Shown here one piece after another: positions 59,396 through 64,000 of a stretch of 64,000 nt of DNA. The DNA comes from Raja brachyura (Eukaryota): NCBI GenBank assembly GCA_963514005.1, contig OY740813.1, positions 13,950,001 through 14,014,000 of the forward strand, written 5' to 3'. How positions within the stretch are numbered: position 1 is the stretch's first letter; the number at the start of each line of letters is the position of its first letter. The notes beneath the pieces were generated by a model, which worked only from the letters and a program-made list of their open reading frames with translations, was not told the DNA's origin and ran no database searches. The translations under genes were made by a program, and so were the position numbers.

Positions 59396-60099
59396 CTACT
59401 CGTGCATCTAGAAATGTGAGTTGAAACAGTTATTTATTTACTTTCACACAAATCCCATGAGAACATGATTTATTCTGCATGTCAATTATTGGGTGGTATT
59501 CTGTTAAGGTGAATTTCCATTGTCCAAAAGGCTGTAACCCGGGGGTTGTCTGTAACGTTGCATAGAAATCTAGAAACCTGCCCTGGGAGCGTTAGATCGG
59601 AGCTTGACTTGCCTTGACTTGATTGTTATTGCTTTATTTGGAGACTTGCCGTTAAATAGAGGATTAGAGATAGTTTAGTAACTGCCACATGTTAAGGAGC
59701 TATCATTTATTATATGCCAGAAGAATAAAATGTTTTTGTTACTGGAATAATGTGTGATTACAGTTAGTACACTGTTATTCTGTTTACAATTTGCTGTTCA
59801 ATAAATCTGACTGGTAACTTTACTGCCGTAGGCAAAGGCTATTTATTCTCCTGACTCTGCTATGATCGTATTACATGTGGTGTCTGGTACACTAAAGTAC
59901 AGCAGCCGGGGTGTTTTCCTGCACTATATGTAAGTAGTTGTTGGATGAACAGCAAGTGAAGGATCCTAAACAAATGGAATGTGTCGTTTTAAAACCATAA
60001 ATATAAAAGCTGAATGAAAAATACAAGTATTTCACCTTTTGTAGTACAGCCTCAGGGCATCTTTAAGTGCTTCAGAGTCAATAAATACCCTTTGAAGTC

Positions 60100-60625
60100 T
60101 CCAGTCATACAGCATGGAAACAGGCCCATCTTGCCCATGTTGAGAAAGATGCCCCGTCTACATTAGGCTCACTTGCCTGCATTTGGCTCGTCCATCTAAA
60201 CCTTTCCTATCCAAATATCTGTCTGTAGATTAACCCTTATTAGCCCTTATTAATAAACACTGCCAAAATATATTTTAATTGTGGTTACAGCACCTACCTC
60301 AACTACCTCCTCTTGCAGCTCGTTCCATAAACCTACCACCCTCCGAAACATAACATCCCACCCTCTGTACTCGGTACCCTGACTGATGAAGGCCAATGCA
60401 CCGAAAGCCACTTTGACCACCTGTGATCTACCTGTGATGCCACTGTACCTGTATTCCAAGATTCCTCAGCTCTACAACACTTCCCAGGGCCCTGCACTTC
60501 ACTGTGAAGCTCCTGCTCTGATATGACTTCCAAAAAAGCAAAATTAGGTACTTATCTGCACTAAACTCTATTAACCATTTCTCAACCCAATTGCCTGACT
60601 TATCAAGATCCTGCTGTAATTATTG
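60100..60625 (-). mobile_element. CR1 3' fragments
   Basis: CATACAGCATGGAAACAGGCCC tail, and the reverse complement of KVAFGALAFISQGTEYRGWDVM. Confidence 0.75.
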
Positions 60626-60926
60626 ATGAGAGAAAGTTCATTGGCCAGGATAGGCAGGAGCATGGCAGGGAACGAGGAAGCGCTGTTGGATTGAATTGCA
60701 TTTATTTAAATGCGAGAGGCCTAACGGGTTGGTGGATAAACTCAAGGCACAGTTTGGTATGTACAACTGGAATGTCGTAGCTGTTATAGAAACCTGGCTA
60801 AGAGAAGGACGGTACCCTCAGCTTCATGTGTAGGAAACAACTGCAGATGCTGGTTTAAATCAAAGGTAGACACAACATGCTGGAGTAACTCAGCGGGACA
60901 GGCAGCATCTCTGGAAATAAGGAATG

Positions 60927-60960
60927 GGTGACGTTTCGGGTCGAGACCCTTCTTCAGACT
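60927..60960 (-). ncRNA. Minimal type I hammerhead ribozyme motif in a PLE terminus
   Basis: Minus strand AGU-CUGAAGA-A-GGGUC(UC)GACCC-GAAA-CGUC^ACC: conserved core, stem II, palindromic ACGU stem III and GUC cleavage triplet. Confidence 0.7.
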
Positions 60961-61001
60961 CTTTCAGACTTACTGAAGCGCCTTCAGAGCTTAATGTTCC
61001 A

Positions 61002-62962
61002 TTAATCATTCCCCAGCCCTGCATGGCCCGTTTTTAATCAGAACTGCCCTGGCAGACCCATTGTTTCTGCTTGTTCATCCTCTCTTCCCCCCACCCCCCC
61101 CCCCCCCCCCGGGTCAAATCCCTCCCTACCTATGTCCAAGCCACCTCACACGCTCTTCGTCTCTTCAATTACTTCTGTTTTTCAGGCCCCCGCTATCTCA
61201 TCTTTACTATGGATATTAAGCCACTCTACACCTCCAACCCGCACCGGGAATGGCTTAAAGCCCTCCGTTTCTTCCTCGACCCCAGAGCCAGCCAATTTCC
61301 GTCTACTAACACGCTCCTCCACCTTGCAGAGCTGGTCCTTACCCTTAACATATCCGTCAACTCCTCTCACTTTCTCCAAAGCCAAGGCACCCCAGCTACA
61401 CCTGCCTCTTTGTAGGGCACGTCGAACAATCACTGTTCCAGGCACACACTGTCCCTATTCCCAAACTCTGCCTCCGTGACATTGACGACTGCATCGGTGC
61501 TACCTCCTGCACCCATGCCGAAGTCACTGACTTCATCAACTTCACGACTAATTTCCATCCTGCACTAATTCATTTGGACCATCTACGACATTTCCCTACC
61601 GTTTCTAGATCTCACCGTCTCCATCACAGGACACAGACTATCGACTGAAATCTATTACAAACCCACTGACTTCCGCAGCTATCTTTCCCACCCTGCTTCC
61701 TGTAAAGACTCTATCCCCCTACTCCCAATTCCTCCGTCTACGCTGCATTTGTGCCCTGGATGAGGTGTTCCATACCAGGTCCTCGGAGATGTCATTCTTT
61801 AGGGAATGGAAGTTCCCCTCTTCCATTATACATGAGGCTGTCACTAAGGTCCCCTCGATATCCCGCAGCTCCGCTCTTGCTCTCTCTGCCCCCCCCACCC
61901 CCATTCGTAACAAAGACAGTCCCCCTTGTCCTCGCCTTCCACCTCATCAGCCGTCGCATATAGCACATAATCCTCTGACATTTTCGCCATCTCCAATTGG
62001 ATCGCTCTACTAACTACATCTTCCCATCTCCACCCCTTTCCGCAGAGACCGTTCTCTCCGCAACTCTCTGGTCAACTCGTCTCTTCCCACCCAAACCACT
62101 CCCTCCCCAGGTACTTTCCCCTGCAACCTCAGGAGATGCAACGCCTGTACCTCCCACTTCGACTCCATCCAAGGACCCAACAGTCTTTTCAGGTGAGGCA
62201 GAGGTTCACTTGCTCTTCCTCCAGCGTCATCTACTGCATCTGCTGTTCCAAGTGTAGACTCCTGTATATCGGTGAGACCAAGCGCAGACTCGTTAATCAT
62301 TTCGCTGAAGACCTCTGCTCAGTCTGCCTAAACCTACCCGATCTCCCGCTTGATCAATACTTTAATTCCCCCTCACATTCCCACACTGACCTTTCTGTCC
62401 TGGGCCTCTTCCATTATCAGAGTCAGGCCCAGTGCAAATTGGAGGAACAGCACCTCATATTTCCCTTGGGTAGCTTGCACCCCCGCGGTATGAACATTAG
62501 AAATGTAGAAAATAGGTGCAGGAGGAGGTCATTCGGCCCTTTGAGCCAGCACCACCATTCATTGCGATCATGGCTGATCGTCCCCAATCAATAACCCGTG
62601 ATTGACTTCTCTAGATTCATGTAGCCCGTGCTTTCCCTCTCTCCCCATCTCCTCCCCCTTCCCAGTTCCCTTACCAGATTGTTAAAGAAGGAACTGCAGA
62701 TGCTGGAGAATCGAGGGTTACACAAAAAGCTGGAGAAACTCAGCGGGTGCAGCAGCATCTAAGGAGCGAAGGAGATAGGCGACGTTTCGGGTCGAGACCC
62801 TTCTTCAGATTTACTGTCTCCGACTACATTTTATCTCTGTACCGCCCACTCCCCTGACATCAATCGGGCTGAAGAAGGGTCTCGATCCAAAACGTCACCC
62901 ATTCCTTCTCTCCAGGGATGCTGCCGGTCCCGCTGAATTACTCCAGCATTTTTTGTCTACCT
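61002..62962 (+). mobile_element. Penelope-like retroelement (RT plus GIY-YIG), 5'-truncated and degenerate
   Basis: LPTYVQATSHALRLF, IFTMDIKPLYTS, LAELVLTLN, IDDC, and FQVRQRFTCSSSSVIYCICCSKCRLLYIGETKRRL; 11-bp TSD TTAATGTTCCA at 60991-61001 and 62963-62973. Confidence 0.9.
62778..62811 (-). ncRNA. Minimal hammerhead core, second intact copy
   Basis: CUGAAGA-A-GGGUCUCGACCC-GAAACGUC^GCC. The 5' strand of stem I is replaced by flanking sequence. Confidence 0.55.
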
Positions 62963-64000
62963 TTAATGTTCCAGCATTCTGGTGCTTCATGAGAGATAGA
63001 GGTGGTGGGGGGGGGGGGGGGGGGGGGGGGGCGAAGAGCATGTGGTGTTGGTTTATTGATCAAGGAGATTGTCATTGCGGTAGTGCGAGATGACATTATT
63101 GATAGTTTGTCCGGTGGGGCTGAGAAATTTAAAAATAAAAGCGATGGTCACCCTGTTGGGAGTGTATGATAGGCTTCCAAATAGGCAACGGGAATTAGAA
63201 GAACAAATATACCAACCAGGAGATTACAAGCAGCTGCAAGATAACTAAAGGTTGTCATTGAGGTTTTTAACTTTCCCAATACAGACTGGAACTGCCATAG
63301 TGTTAAGGTCTTAGACGGGCGAAATTTGTCAGATGTGTTCAGGAAAGTTGCCTCTGGCAATATGTAGAGCGCCCTTCAAGGGGGCAGGACAAAGCTTGAT
63401 TTTCTCTTAGGATAGCTTAAACTATGCATGCAGGAACTGATCCCACAGATTCTGGCCAGTGTAAGAATGTAATCAACCAAGCAAGTGCTTTCACTAACCC
63501 CAGAAGAAAATAGGTCTGCTCAGATTAAAAATAATTAGCAGGTTCATTCTGACCAAAATGAAACTAAATCGTTTGGTTTCAACGTGTTTGACAGATATAT
63601 GGATAGAAAAGGTTTGGAAGGCCCTAGTGGTTACTGTCACTTATTGGTATTTGTGTTGGCAGTTAGTGACGCAATGAAATCTCTCAAACTGAAAACAAAT
63701 GTATGACCAGTCATGGCTGATATTGGTTGAAATCACAATGTGAAGGATGTGCCGAGAGGCTGGTTTGAATCGTCCTTGGCAACATATGAAACAACAACTT
63801 CTTTAATGTTGCAAATGCTCAGGGCCAAGATCAAAATAAAGAAATCAAGTGTTTATTTGCCACATGCATCGGATGTGAACAGGAACAATGAAATTCTTTC
63901 TTGCTGCAGCTTCACATTTTTAGATGCAACAACAATTTTACAATAAATTATCAGTGAAATAAACTGGACCATAGTGGAAAAACCAAAGTACATAGTAGTT

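Larger units (their letters stand above)
60685..63410 (+). mobile_element. CR1 endonuclease fragment interrupted by PLE insertions
   Basis: LNCIYLNARGL...VVAVIETWLREG (60690-60829) resumes as NVPAFWCFMRDR...LLGVYDRLPN...FNFPNTDW after 62963. Confidence 0.8.
42262..64000 (+). other. Intron 1 of the FUBP gene (more than 21.7 kb, continues beyond the window)
   Basis: GT donor at 42262. No acceptor followed by IAAKI (exon 2) was found. Sequence is AT-rich and T-skewed. Confidence 0.7.

Noticed and set aside
63007-63031. Long G/C homopolymers (also ~5172, 25622, 28702, 39883, 61094) as functional G-quadruplexes
   Set aside because: Most lie within TE remnants, run lengths are unreliable in assemblies, and nothing supports function.

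Overview
Vertebrate nuclear DNA, most likely from a cartilaginous fish (skate/ray), judged from the repeat content: HE1-type V-SINEs, CR1, Rex1/Babar, Penelope-like elements (PLE), a Deu-domain SINE, and Tc1, hAT and Harbinger elements. Positions 1-41.9 kb are TE-rich intergenic DNA with a few TE-free, enhancer-like islands. At about 42.0-42.5 kb a CpG-island promoter (ETS, CRE and TCTCGCGAGA motifs, preceded by a 31-bp VNTR) precedes coding exon 1 of a FUBP-family KH-domain gene (MAEYGS...AFADALQRARQ|gtaaag, most likely FUBP3). The rest of the window is its first intron; exon 2 was not found. Almost all ORFs in the track are TE remnants or chance ORFs. Notable observations: (1) short mobile PLE-terminus copies carrying a minimal hammerhead ribozyme, whose truncations and fold-back junctions cluster at the ribozyme; (2) two inverted copies of a TAG...CTA DNA transposon with 7-bp TSDs, both inserted in SINEs; (3) a near-intact Passport-like Tc1; (4) a frameshift shared by two Rex1 copies; (5) a duplicated antisense exon-like unit in intron 1. 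Boundaries of old TE fragments are approximate; TSD-defined boundaries were counted from the sequence. Family assignments come from motif recognition, not database searches.
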